A stretch of 64,000 bases of DNA from Nitrosopumilus sp. (lineage in GTDB: Archaea > Thermoproteota > Nitrososphaeria > Nitrososphaerales > Nitrosopumilaceae), in contig OZ240211.1 in the NCBI GenBank assembly GCA_965197525.1, positions 1-64,000 on the forward strand. Direction: 5' to 3'. The position numbers and the translations under genes are program-made. The notes under the pieces are model-generated. The model was not told where the DNA came from and did no database searches. It saw only the letters and a list, made by a program, of their open reading frames with translations. This document shows, piece by piece, positions 39,401 through 48,870 of this stretch (position 1 is the first letter of the stretch; each line of letters opens with the position of its first letter).

Positions 39401-41958
39401 ACTGTGCTGTCTACCGTACCGTCAGTATTCATAAACATTATGTGTACTGCGCCGCGGTCTTGTCCGCTGTTATCATCTTGATAAGCACCAACTGCAAGGT
39501 CTGTCACCCCGTCGCCGTCAAAGTCGCCTATGGAAGCAACGGAGACGCCGAAATTGTCACTGTTTGATAGCGTGGGACCGTTTGTAGTGGAGTCGTTTAT
39601 CTCTACTGTGCTGTCTACCGTACCGTCAGTATTCATAAACATTATGTGTACTGCGCCGCGGTCTGATCCGCCGTTGTCATCTCCATAAGCACCAACTGCA
39701 AGGTCTGTCACCCCGTCGCCGTCAAGGTCGCCTATGGAAGCAACGGAGATGCCGAAATTATCATAGTTTAATAGCGTGGGACCGTTTGCAGTGGAGCTGT
39801 TTATCTCTACTGTGCTGTCTACCGTACCGTCAGTATTCATAAACATTATGTGTACTGCGCCGCGGTCTGATCCGCCGTTGTCATCTTGATAAGCACCAAC
39901 TGCAAGGTCTGTCACCCCGTCGCCGTCAAGGTCGCCTATGGAAGCAACGGAGATGCCGAAATTGTCACTGTTTGATAGCGTGGGACCGTTTGCAGTGGAG
40001 CTGTTTATCTCTACTGTGCTGTCTACCGTACCGTCAGTATTCATAAACATTATGTGTACTGCACCGCGCTCTGATCCGCCGCCGTTATCATCTTGATAAG
40101 CACCAACTGCAAGGTCTGTCACCCCGTCGCCGTCAAGGTCGCCTATGGCAGCAACGGAGATGCCGAAACGGTCACTGCTTGATAGCGTGGGACCGTTTGT
40201 AGTGGAGTCGTTTATCTCTACTGTGCTGTCTACCGTACCGTTTGTATTCATAAACATTATGTGTACTGCGCCGCTGTCTAGTTTGCTGTGGTCATCTCGA
40301 GCAGCACCAACTGCAAGGTCTGTCACCCCGTCGCCGTCAAGGTCGCCTATGGAAGTAACGGAGACGCCGAAACGGTCACTGTTTGATAGCGTGGGACCGT
40401 TTGTAGTGGAGTCGTTTATCTCTACTGTCCTGTCAACAATAAAGGCAACGCGGGGCGGAGTGGTGTCTGTTACCGTGGGAACTGACACATCGGTTACCGT
40501 GACGTCATAGGTGTCAAAAGCCGTGGCCCCGTCGTCGTCAGTAACAGTGAGGGTAAATGTAACTTGGGTGTCAGATGATACCTGTGACGCAGTGTACTGC
40601 AGGGTTGCTGCGTTACCGGACGTTATCGTAATAACAGATGTGTCATCCACGCTCCACGCGTATGTGGATATTGTACCATCAGAGTCAGAGGCAATACCCG
40701 TGAGCGTGCCGGATGCGCCCTCGTTGATTGTAGTGTCGCCGGTTATGCTGCTGATAGTTGGGGACTGGTTGGGGACTGGCACATTGTTTACCGTGACATC
40801 GTAGGTGGCAGATGCCGTGGCCCCGTCGTCGTCGGTAACAGTGAGGGTAAATGTAACTTGGGTGTCAGATGATACCTGTGATGCAGTGTATCGCAGGATA
40901 GCCGCATCGCCAGTCGTGATCGTGATAGTAGACGTATCATCCACGCTCCACAGGTACGAGGATATGTTGCCGTCAGAATCGGAGGCAATACCCGTGAGCG
41001 TGCCGGATGCGCCCTCGTTGATTGTAGTGTCGCCGGTTATGCTGCTGATAGTTGGGGACTGGTTGGGGACTGGCACATTGTTTACCGTGACATCGTAGGT
41101 GGCAGATGCCGTGGCCCCGTCGTCGTCGGTAACAGTGAGGGTAAATGTAACTTGGGTGTCAGATGATACCTGTGATGCAGTGTACTGCAGGGTTGCTGCG
41201 TTACCGGACGTTATCGTAATAACAGATGTGTCATCCACGCTCCACGCGTATGTGGATATTGTACCATCAGAGTCAGAGGCAGTGCCCGTGAGCGTGCCGG
41301 ATGCGCCCTCGTTGATTGTAGTGTCGCCGGTTATGCTGCTGATAGTTGGGGACTGGTTGGGGACTGGCACATTGTTTACCGTGACATCGTAGGTGGCAGA
41401 TGCCGTGGCCCCGTCGTCGTCGGTAACAGTGAGGGTAAATGTAACTTGGGTGTCAGATGATACCTGTGATGCAGTGTATCGCAGGATAGCCGCATCGCCA
41501 GTCGTGATCGTGATAGTAGACGTATCATCCACGCTCCACAGGTACGAGGATATGTTGCCGTCAGAATCGGAGGCAATACCCGTGAGCGTGCCGGATGCGC
41601 CCTCGTTGATTGTAGTGTCGCCGGTTATGCTGCTGATAGTTGGGGACTGGTTGGGGACTGGCACATTGTTTACCGTGACATCGTAGGTGGCAGATGCCGT
41701 GGCCCCGTCGTCGTCGGTAACAGTGAGGGTAAATGTAACTTGGGTGTCAGATGATACCTGTGATGCAGTGTACTGCAGGGTTGCTGCGTTACCGGACGTT
41801 ATCGTAATAACAGATGTGTCATCCACGCTCCACGCGTATGTGGATATTGTACCATCAGAGTCAGAGGCAGTGCCCGTGAGCGTGCCGGATGCGCCCTCGT
41901 TGATTGTAGTGTCGCCGGTTATGCTGCTGATAGTTGGGGACTGGTTGGGGACTGGCAC
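36490..41958 (-). CDS. C-terminal part of giant surface adhesin: PKD-like repeats, six FG-GAP repeats, three Ig-like repeats, two cadherin/He_PIG-like domains, conserved C-terminal domain
   Basis: ORF-track translation; begins inside a repeat with no signal peptide, so continuous with the upstream part. Confidence 0.85.
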   Translation of the reverse strand: MPVPNQSPTISSITGDTTINEGASGTLTGTASDSDGTISTYAWSVDDTSVITITSGNAATLQYTASQVSSDTQVTFTLTVTDDDGATASATYDVTVNNVPVPNQSPTISSITGDTTINEGASGTLTGIASDSDGNISSYLWSVDDTSTITITTGDAAILRYTASQVSSDTQVTFTLTVTDDDGATASATYDVTVNNVPVPNQSPTISSITGDTTINEGASGTLTGTASDSDGTISTYAWSVDDTSVITITSGNAATLQYTASQVSSDTQVTFTLTVTDDDGATASATYDVTVNNVPVPNQSPTISSITGDTTINEGASGTLTGIASDSDGNISSYLWSVDDTSTITITTGDAAILRYTASQVSSDTQVTFTLTVTDDDGATASATYDVTVNNVPVPNQSPTISSITGDTTINEGASGTLTGIASDSDGTISTYAWSVDDTSVITITSGNAATLQYTASQVSSDTQVTFTLTVTDDDGATAFDTYDVTVTDVSVPTVTDTTPPRVAFIVDRTVEINDSTTNGPTLSNSDRFGVSVTSIGDLDGDGVTDLAVGAARDDHSKLDSGAVHIMFMNTNGTVDSTVEINDSTTNGPTLSSSDRFGISVAAIGDLDGDGVTDLAVGAYQDDNGGGSERGAVHIMFMNTDGTVDSTVEINSSTANGPTLSNSDNFGISVASIGDLDGDGVTDLAVGAYQDDNGGSDRGAVHIMFMNTDGTVDSTVEINSSTANGPTLLNYDNFGISVASIGDLDGDGVTDLAVGAYGDDNGGSDRGAVHIMFMNTDGTVDSTVEINDSTTNGPTLSNSDNFGVSVASIGDFDGDGVTDLAVGAYQDDNSGQDRGAVHIMFMNTDGTVDSTVEINDSTTNGPTLSNSDYFGVSVASIGDLDGDGVTDLAVGAYRDDNSGRDRGAINVIYLDKEVEQNKDIDPTAPTVTDTTPPRVASILRGTPLAQSTTDTTLVFAVTFDEPVTNVDDADFTVTGTGTGTISGVSGSGTSYRVTVTVDNVGTIGLDIAQNHDIQDTATNRLANLTPTGSDQTYTVTETTVTGTTVTDTTPPRVASILRGTPLAQSTTDTTLVFAVTFDEPVTNVDDADFTVTGTGTGTISGVSGSGASYRVTVTVDNVGTIGLDIAQNHDIQDTATNRLANLAPTGSDQTYTVTVTDTTPPRVASILRGTPLAQSTTDTTLVFAVTFDEPVTNVDDADFTVTGSGTGTISGVSGSGASYRVTVTVTASGTIGLDIAQNHDIQDTATNSLIDLTVIGSNETYTVNQLPVLNNISPQTGDELTLLTFTAEATDPDDNDARTYSLIEPIPDGAAMDTNTGVFSWTPTEAQDGRHTITVQVSDGNGGTDSQNVTITVTEVNQNPRLDPIGAQTIDETDTLRFTATARDVDIYQGSPNSLRFSLDGDIPRGASITREGSFSWRPDQSQDGVHSINVTVSDGNGGTASELVSVTVNDIAPRLVSVRGSGSSITLTFSEPVKINGTGLNGFTVSSSSGSTVTVESITGNGTNTLTLLLDGSLSRGDTLSYDSGTGNVVDESGKPLESFVDATILLKSKKSGTAPPPSVDTLEINGQSYNVQNRVNHHPTPLEVAVDQQPISMSFTAHDRLDILYFAVYLNLQDDDISYTNSDTYVEYNRGKTNIVDPHNLFSDASITISTDPDDRNKKTVALDITFADAIGNTNMVIRTWNADRQSSIVIIVDALNIIPSKVDPEPQATTEADPEPQVAEANPEPRSPAAVPDNPEPVIETFDDDSDYDRALLVLRMWSGFESEIADDNQLLAVMGLTHMGADIPAWVMTDLAPLVVKGLITLDEFRVALEYVMGNNT
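38170..39180 (-). repeat. Three near-identical Ig-like domain repeats (DTTPPRVASILRGTPLAQ...)
   Basis: Repeated ~320-350 bp blocks. Confidence 0.85.
39230..40430 (-). repeat. Six FG-GAP/integrin-like repeats
   Basis: Six GD(L/F)DGDGVTDLAVGA motifs. Confidence 0.88.
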
Positions 41959-42720
41959 ATTGTTTACCGTGACATCGTAGGTGGCAGATGCCGTGGCCCC
42001 GTCGTCGTCGGTAACAGTGAGGGTAAATGTAACTTGGGTGTCAGATGATACCTGTGATGCAGTGTACTGCAGGGTTGCTGCGTTACCGGACGTTATCGTA
42101 TGTGGATATAACAGATAGTGTCATCCACGCTCCACGCGTATGTGGATATTGTACCATCAGAGTCAGAGGCAGTCAGTGAGGGTAAATGTAACTTGGGTGT
42201 CAGATGATACCTGTGATGCAGTGTACTGCAGGGTTGCTGCGTTACCGGACGTTATCGTAATAACAGATGTGTCATCCACGCTCCACGCGTATGTGGATAT
42301 TGTACCATCAGAGTGAGGCAGTGCCCGTGAGCGTGCCTGATGTGCCCTCGTTGATTGTAGTGTCGCCGGTTATGCTGCTGATAGTTGGGGACTGGTTGGG
42401 GACTGGCACATTGTTTACCGTGACATCGTAGGTGGCAGATGCCGTGGCCCCGTCGTCGTCGGTAACAGTGAGGGTAAATGTAACTTGGGTGTCCGAGGAT
42501 ACCTGTGATGCAGTGTATCGCAGGATAGCCGCATCGCCAGTCGTGATCGTGATAGTAGACGTATCATCCACGCTCCACAGGTACGAGGATATGTTGCCGT
42601 CAGAATCGGAGGCAATACCCGTGAGCGTGCCTGATGCGCCCTCGTTGATTGTAGTGTTACCGGTTATGCTGCTAATAGTTGGGGGCTGGTTGGGAACGGT
42701 AAATATCTCAATGTTCTTGT
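40490..42720 (-). repeat. 294-bp tandem PKD-like repeats alternating between two variants
   Basis: Shadow ORFs recur at 294-bp spacing (40511, 40805, 41099, 41393, 41687); TISTYAWS vs NISSYLWS variants alternate. Confidence 0.9.
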
Positions 42721-45700
42721 TCTGCGCAAGGGATCCGAATGCCCCGGGCGGGTTAAAGTCAAACATTACAGCAGGATCCGGGAGGAGAGGGATTACGTCC
42801 CTGCCTGGGCTCTTAAGGGCAGTGATCGTTGCCCCCCCCATCTCACCGTCAGGCGACAGTGAGTTTTGTGCAACATACTGGAGATCAGAGGATACGTCCG
42901 TACTCTGTGGCGCGTACCTGAAGGTAAGGATGTCGGTGCCGCTACCGGACAGATAGGGGGCCGTTCTGTGTTGTGGACTGACATCAAGCGTGAGTCGGGG
43001 CGTTCCGGTTACGGCCACTGGTTCTGAAAATTTGACTGTAATATCGACTGTCTGGCTTGATCCGTACGTGCCGTCTGCAGTGGTGGAGGACACGGCGCGG
43101 ATCAATACATCCTTGTCAAAGTACATGATGTGCACGGTGCCGTGATCCGTCCCGCCGTGGTCGTCGCCCCAAGCGCCTGCGGCAAGGTCCGGCACCCCGT
43201 CGCCGTCAAGGTCGCCTATTGCCGCGACGGATGCGCCAAAAAAGTCATCGTCTGACAGTACGGGGCCGTTTGCAGTGGAGTCGTTTATCTCGACTGTACC
43301 CTTTACCGTGCCGTTACCGTTCATGAACATGACGTGCACGGCGCCGTGATCCGTCCCGCCGTTGTCGTCGCCATCAGCGCCTACGGCAAGGTCCTGCACC
43401 CCGTCGCCGTCAAGGTCGCCTATTGCCGCGACGGATATGCCAAAATAGTCCTCGTCTGACAGTACGGGGCCGTTTGCAGTGGAGTCGTTTATCTCGACTG
43501 TACCCTTTACCGTGCCGTTACCGTTCATGAACATGACGTGCACGGCGCCGCGGCCCGGCCCGCCGTTGTAGTTGCCCCAAGCGCCTACGACAAGGTCTTG
43601 CACTCCGTCGCCGTCAAGGTCGCCTATTGCCGCGACGGATGCGCCAAAATAGTCCTCGTCTGACAGTACGGGGCCGTTTGCAGTGGAGTCGTTTATCTCA
43701 ACTGTGCCCTTTACAGAGCCGTTACCGTTCATGAACATGACGTGCACGGCGCCGCGGCCTTCCCCGCCGTTGCTGTCGCCATTAGCGCCTGCGGCAAGGT
43801 CCGGCACCCCGTCGCCGTCAAGGTCGCCTATTGCCGCGACGGATGTGCCAAAAAAATCATTGTTTGATAGTACGGGGCCGTTTGCAGTGGAGTTGTTTAT
43901 CTCGACTGTATCCTTTACAGAGCCGTTACCGTTCATGAACATGACGTGCACGGCGCCGTGATCCGTCCCGCCGTTGTCGTCGCCATTAGCGCCTACGGCA
44001 AGGTCCTGCACCCCGTCGCCGTCAAGGTCGCCTATTGCCGCGACGGATCTGCCAAAACCGTCATCGTCTGACAGTACGGGGCCGTTTGCAGTGGAGTTGT
44101 TTATCTCGACTGTGCCCTTTACAGAGCCGTTACCGTTCATGAACATGACGTGCACGGCGCCGCGCTTCTCCCCGCCGTCGTCATCTCCCTGAGCACCAAC
44201 TGCAAGGTCTGTCACCCCGTCGCCGTCAAGGTCGCCTATTGCCGCGACGGATCCGCCAAAATAGTCATAGTCTGACAGTACGGGGCTGTTTGCGGTGGAG
44301 TCGTTTATCTTGACCGTATCCTTTACAGAGCCGTTACCGTTCATGAACATGACGTGCACGGTGCCGTGATCCGTCCCGCCGTGGTCGTCGCCCCAAGCGC
44401 CTGCGGCAAGGTCCTGCACCCCGTCGCCGTCAAGGTCGCCTATTGCCGCGACGGATGCGCCAAAAAAGTCATCGTCTGACAGTACGGGGCCGTTTGCAGT
44501 GGAGTCGTTTATCTCGACCGTATCCTTTACAGAGCCGTCGCGGTTCATGAACATGACGTGCACGGCGCCGTGATCCGTCCCGCCGTTGTCGTCGCCATCA
44601 GCGCCTACGGCAAGGTCCTGCACCCCGTCGCCGTCAAGGTCGCCTATTGCCGCGACGGATATGCCAAAATAGTCCTCGTCTGACAGTACGGGGCCGTTTG
44701 CAGTGGAGTCGTTTATCTCGACTGTACCCTTTACCGTGCCGTTACCGTTCATGAACATGACGTGCACGGCGCCGCGGCCCGGCCCGCCGTTGTAGTTGCC
44801 CCAAGCGCCTACGACAAGGTCTTGCACTCCGTCGCCGTCAAGGTCGCCTATTGCCGCGACGGATGCGCCAAAATAGTCCTCGTCTGACAGTACGGGGCCG
44901 TTTGCAGTGGAGTCGTTTATCTCAACTGTGCCCTTTACAGAGCCGTTACCGTTCATGAACATGACGTGCACGGCGCCGCGGCCTTCCCCGCCGTTGCTGT
45001 CGCCATTAGCGCCTGCGGCAAGGTCCGGCACCCCGTCGCCGTCAAGGTCGCCTATTGCCGCGACGGATGTGCCAAAAAAATCATTGTTTGATAGTACGGG
45101 GCCGTTTGCAGTGGAGTTGTTTATCTCGACTGTATCCTTTACAGAGCCGTTACCGTTCATGAACATGACGTGCACGGCGCCGTGATCCGTCCCGCCGTTG
45201 TCGTCGCCATTAGCGCCTACGGCAAGGTCCTGCACCCCGTCGCCGTCAAGGTCGCCTATTGCCGCGACGGATCTGCCAAAACCGTCATCGTCTGACAGTA
45301 CGGGGCCGTTTGCAGTGGAGTTGTTTATCTCGACTGTGCCCTTTACAGAGCCGTTACCGTTCATGAACATGACGTGCACGGCGCCGCGCTTCTCCCCGCC
45401 GTCGTCATCTCCCTGAGCACCAACTGCAAGGTCTGTCACCCCGTCGCCGTCAAGGTCGCCTATTGCCGCGACGGATCCGCCAAAATAGTCATAGTCTGAC
45501 AGTACGGGGCTGTTTGCGGTGGAGTCGTTTATCTTGACCGTATCCTTTACAGAGCCGTTACCGTTCATGAACATGACGTGCACGGTGCCGTGATCCGTCC
45601 CGCCGTGGTCGTCGCCCCAAGCGCCTGCGGCAAGGTCTGTCACCCCGTCGCCGTCAAGGTCGCCTATTGCCGCGACGGATGCGCCAAAAAAGTCATCGTC

Positions 45701-48310
45701 TGACAGTACGGGGCCGTTTGCAGTGGAGTCGTTTATCTCGACCGTATCCTTTACAGAGCCGTCGCGGTTCATGAACATGACGTGCACGGCGCCGTGATCC
45801 GTCCCGCCGTTGTCGTCGCCATCAGCGCCTACGGCAAGGTCCTGCACCCCGTCGCCGTCAAGGTCGCCTATTGCCGCGACGGATATGCCAAAATAGTCCT
45901 CGTCTGACAGTACGGGGCCGTTTGCAGTGGAGTCGTTTATCTCGACTGTACCCTTTACCGTGCCGTTACCGTTCATGAACATGACGTGCACGGCGCCGCG
46001 GCCCGGCCCGCCGTTGTAGTTGCCCCAAGCGCCTACGACAAGGTCTTGCACTCCGTCGCCGTCAAGGTCGCCTATTGCCGCGACGGATGCGCCAAAATAG
46101 TCCTCGTCTGACAGTACGGGGCCGTTTGCAGTGGAGTCGTTTATCTCGACTGTACCCTTTACCGTGCCGTTACCGTTCATGAACATGACGTGCACGGCGC
46201 CGCGGCCTTCCCCGCCGTTGCTGTCGCCATTAGCGCCTGCGGCAAGGTCCGGCACCCCGTCGCCGTCAAGGTCGCCTATTGCCGCGACGGATGTGCCAAA
46301 AAAATCATTGTTTGATAGTACGGGGCCGTTTGCAGTGGAGTTGTTTATCTCGACTGTATCCTTTACAGAGCCGTTACCGTTCATGAACATGACGTGCACG
46401 GCGCCGTGATCCGTCCCGCCGTTGTCGTCGCCATTAGCGCCTACGGCAAGGTCCTGCACCCCGTCGCCGTCAAGGTCGCCTATTGCCGCGACGGATCTGC
46501 CAAAACCGTCATCGTCTGACAGTACGGGGCCGTTTGCAGTGGAGTTGTTTATCTCGACCGTATCCTTTACAGAGCCGTTACCGTTCATGAACATGACGTG
46601 CACGGCGCCGCGCTTCTCCCCGCCGTCGTCATCTCCCTGAGCACCAACTGCAAGGTCTGTCACCCCGTCGCCGTCAAGGTCGCCTATTGCCGCGACGGAT
46701 CCGCCAAAATAGTCATAGTCTGACAGTACGGGGCTGTTTGCGGTGGAGTCGTTTATCTCTACTGTGTTGTCGACAGAGCCGTTTCCATTGGTTTTCATGC
46801 CATTAATGTGGATTATGTGTACGGCGCCGCGGTCTGATCCGCCCTCGTCATCTTGATAAGCACCAACTGCAAGGTCTGTCACCCCGTCGCCGTCAAGGTC
46901 GCCTATGGAAGCAACGGAGACGCCGAAACTGTCATCGTCTGATAGCGTGGGACCGTTTGTAGTGGAATCGTTTATCTCTACTGTGCTGTTTATCGTACCG
47001 TCAGTATTCATAAACATTATGTGTACGGCGCCGCGCTCTGATCCGCCGTCGCCGTCATCTTGATAAGCACCAACTGCAAGGTCTGTCACCCCGTCGCCGT
47101 CAAGGTCGCCTATGGAAGCAACGGAGACGCCGAAATAGTCAACGTTTGATAGCGTGGGACCGTTTGCAGTGGAGTCGTTTATCTCTACTGTGCTGTTTAT
47201 CGTACCGTCAGTATTCATAAACATTATGTGTACGGCGCCGCGGTCTCGTCCGCGGTCGTCATCTCGATTAGCACCAACTGCAAGGTCTGTCACCCCGTCG
47301 CCGTCAAGGTCGCCTATGGAAGCAACGGAGGCGCCGAAATAGTCAACGTTTGATAGCGTGGGACCGTTTGCAGTGGAGTCGTTTATCTCTACTGTGCTGT
47401 CTACCGTACCGTCAGTATTCATAAACATTATGTGTACTGCGCCGCGGTCTGATCCGCTGTCGTCATCTCGATTAGCACCAACTGCAAGGTCTGTCACCCC
47501 GTCGCCGTCAAGGTCGCCTATGGAAGCAACGGAGGCGCCGAAGCGGTCAACGTCTGATAGCGTGGGACCGTTTGCAGTGGAGTCGTTTATCTCTACTGTG
47601 CTGTCTACCGTACCGTCAGTATTCATAAACATTATGTGTACTGCGCCGCGGTCTCGTCCGCCGCCGTCATCTCGAGCAGCACCAACTGCAAGGTCTGTCA
47701 CCCCGTCGCCGTCAAGGTCGCCTATGGAAGCAACGGAGACGCCGAAACGGTCATTGTCTGATAGCGTGGGACCGTTTGCAGTGGAGCTGTTTATCTCTAC
47801 TGTGCTGTCTACCGTACCGTCAGTATTCATAAACATTATGTGTACTGCGCCGCGGTCTGATCCGCCGCCGTCATCTCGAGCAGCACCAACTGCAAGGTCT
47901 GTCACCCCGTCGCCGTCAAGGTCGCCTATGGGAGTAACGGAGAAGCCGAAGCGGTCAACGTCTGATAGCGTGGGACCGTTTGCAGTGGAGCTGTTTATCT
48001 CCACTACGGAGTTTGGATACGCGTTGTTTGATGCGTACGCAGTATCCACACCAAAGCTTAGATGTATGTCGTGTATGCCAGGGGTGTGAACCGATAGCAC
48101 GAGGCTTGCGATGCCGTCGCACTGATAGTCCTCAAACGTAATGATCCCATCATGTGCTGTAGCATCCAGTATGGAGTCGTTGCCGCACAATACCCCCACA
48201 AACCCCACGTCGTCAGGAGAAGAGTCCCCAAACGTGGTGCCGTTTATTACAGAGATTGTTAGGTTATGGGTACCGTATGTCCTAAAGTTTATCGTCCACT
48301 CCCCGCCCAC
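42308..48310 (-). CDS. Central part of giant surface adhesin with 24 FG-GAP repeats
   Basis: 24 GDLDGDGV.DL..GA motifs (6 + 3x6), N-terminal unique domain, then PKD-like repeats. Confidence 0.87.
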   Translation of the reverse strand: MGGEWTINFRTYGTHNLTISVINGTTFGDSSPDDVGFVGVLCGNDSILDATAHDGIITFEDYQCDGIASLVLSVHTPGIHDIHLSFGVDTAYASNNAYPNSVVEINSSTANGPTLSDVDRFGFSVTPIGDLDGDGVTDLAVGAARDDGGGSDRGAVHIMFMNTDGTVDSTVEINSSTANGPTLSDNDRFGVSVASIGDLDGDGVTDLAVGAARDDGGGRDRGAVHIMFMNTDGTVDSTVEINDSTANGPTLSDVDRFGASVASIGDLDGDGVTDLAVGANRDDDSGSDRGAVHIMFMNTDGTVDSTVEINDSTANGPTLSNVDYFGASVASIGDLDGDGVTDLAVGANRDDDRGRDRGAVHIMFMNTDGTINSTVEINDSTANGPTLSNVDYFGVSVASIGDLDGDGVTDLAVGAYQDDGDGGSERGAVHIMFMNTDGTINSTVEINDSTTNGPTLSDDDSFGVSVASIGDLDGDGVTDLAVGAYQDDEGGSDRGAVHIIHINGMKTNGNGSVDNTVEINDSTANSPVLSDYDYFGGSVAAIGDLDGDGVTDLAVGAQGDDDGGEKRGAVHVMFMNGNGSVKDTVEINNSTANGPVLSDDDGFGRSVAAIGDLDGDGVQDLAVGANGDDNGGTDHGAVHVMFMNGNGSVKDTVEINNSTANGPVLSNNDFFGTSVAAIGDLDGDGVPDLAAGANGDSNGGEGRGAVHVMFMNGNGTVKGTVEINDSTANGPVLSDEDYFGASVAAIGDLDGDGVQDLVVGAWGNYNGGPGRGAVHVMFMNGNGTVKGTVEINDSTANGPVLSDEDYFGISVAAIGDLDGDGVQDLAVGADGDDNGGTDHGAVHVMFMNRDGSVKDTVEINDSTANGPVLSDDDFFGASVAAIGDLDGDGVTDLAAGAWGDDHGGTDHGTVHVMFMNGNGSVKDTVKINDSTANSPVLSDYDYFGGSVAAIGDLDGDGVTDLAVGAQGDDDGGEKRGAVHVMFMNGNGSVKGTVEINNSTANGPVLSDDDGFGRSVAAIGDLDGDGVQDLAVGANGDDNGGTDHGAVHVMFMNGNGSVKDTVEINNSTANGPVLSNNDFFGTSVAAIGDLDGDGVPDLAAGANGDSNGGEGRGAVHVMFMNGNGSVKGTVEINDSTANGPVLSDEDYFGASVAAIGDLDGDGVQDLVVGAWGNYNGGPGRGAVHVMFMNGNGTVKGTVEINDSTANGPVLSDEDYFGISVAAIGDLDGDGVQDLAVGADGDDNGGTDHGAVHVMFMNRDGSVKDTVEINDSTANGPVLSDDDFFGASVAAIGDLDGDGVQDLAAGAWGDDHGGTDHGTVHVMFMNGNGSVKDTVKINDSTANSPVLSDYDYFGGSVAAIGDLDGDGVTDLAVGAQGDDDGGEKRGAVHVMFMNGNGSVKGTVEINNSTANGPVLSDDDGFGRSVAAIGDLDGDGVQDLAVGANGDDNGGTDHGAVHVMFMNGNGSVKDTVEINNSTANGPVLSNNDFFGTSVAAIGDLDGDGVPDLAAGANGDSNGGEGRGAVHVMFMNGNGSVKGTVEINDSTANGPVLSDEDYFGASVAAIGDLDGDGVQDLVVGAWGNYNGGPGRGAVHVMFMNGNGTVKGTVEINDSTANGPVLSDEDYFGISVAAIGDLDGDGVQDLAVGADGDDNGGTDHGAVHVMFMNGNGTVKGTVEINDSTANGPVLSDDDFFGASVAAIGDLDGDGVPDLAAGAWGDDHGGTDHGTVHIMYFDKDVLIRAVSSTTADGTYGSSQTVDITVKFSEPVAVTGTPRLTLDVSPQHRTAPYLSGSGTDILTFRYAPQSTDVSSDLQYVAQNSLSPDGEMGGATITALKSPGRDVIPLLPDPAVMFDFNPPGAFGSLAQNKNIEIFTVPNQPPTISSITGNTTINEGASGTLTGIASDSDGNISSYLWSVDDTSTITITTGDAAILRYTASQVSSDTQVTFTLTVTDDDGATASATYDVTVNNVPVPNQSPTISSITGDTTINEGTSGTLTGTASL
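43100..46760 (-). repeat. Three near-identical 1224-bp units, each six FG-GAP repeats
   Basis: Identical landmarks at 43683/44907/46131 and 44281/45505/46729. Confidence 0.92.
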
Positions 48311-48353
48311 TACAGGATAGGACTGCGGGTTGAGTACGTCGATTCGCCCGTAC

Positions 48354-48566
48354 TCACGGTTCAGAAAACTGGCTGCCGACTGCTGTATCTCTGAGGTAGT
48401 TACCGTTACAGGTGTGGGGGGGGGGGCTGTCAGTTATCGTGATCACAGGGTCAGTCATATAGGCAGACGCAAAACTGACATCATAGTACTGGAACAGTAA
48501 CAAAGATACAGTCACTACCACAATGGCCATGACTGTCATAGTATGATGAATTCTTAATGTATTCAT
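48354..48566 (-). pseudogene. Signal-peptide-encoding 5' end of the giant adhesin, out of frame at a C11 tract
   Basis: Hydrophobic leader ending SFA-SAY; removing one C at 48416-48426 gives PPPTPVTVTTSEIQQSAASFLNREYGRIDVLNPQSYPVVGGEWTINF, joining ORF 42308-48310. Confidence 0.8.
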
Positions 48567-48870
48567 ATCACATTCCCACCATTATCATACAATAATCCAC
48601 AGGGACTATTTAAAAAGATTGTATATTCAACTCTGTTTCCTAATTACATGCAACACAGACACCCATCTGTGTGATTTTGCTTATGTCATTGCCTTCCCTC
48701 CTACACTGCGGTCTTTGTGGCGGGTTTTAGACTGATACACTATCTTTGGTGTGCCGTAGTATTCCCATTGGATAATAGCTCATTTTGACTATACACATTT
48801 TGTATGTGTTTACATCGTACTTGGAAAAATAAGAGATGTTCCCACAGTGTGTTAAACTTATGCCTAAATC

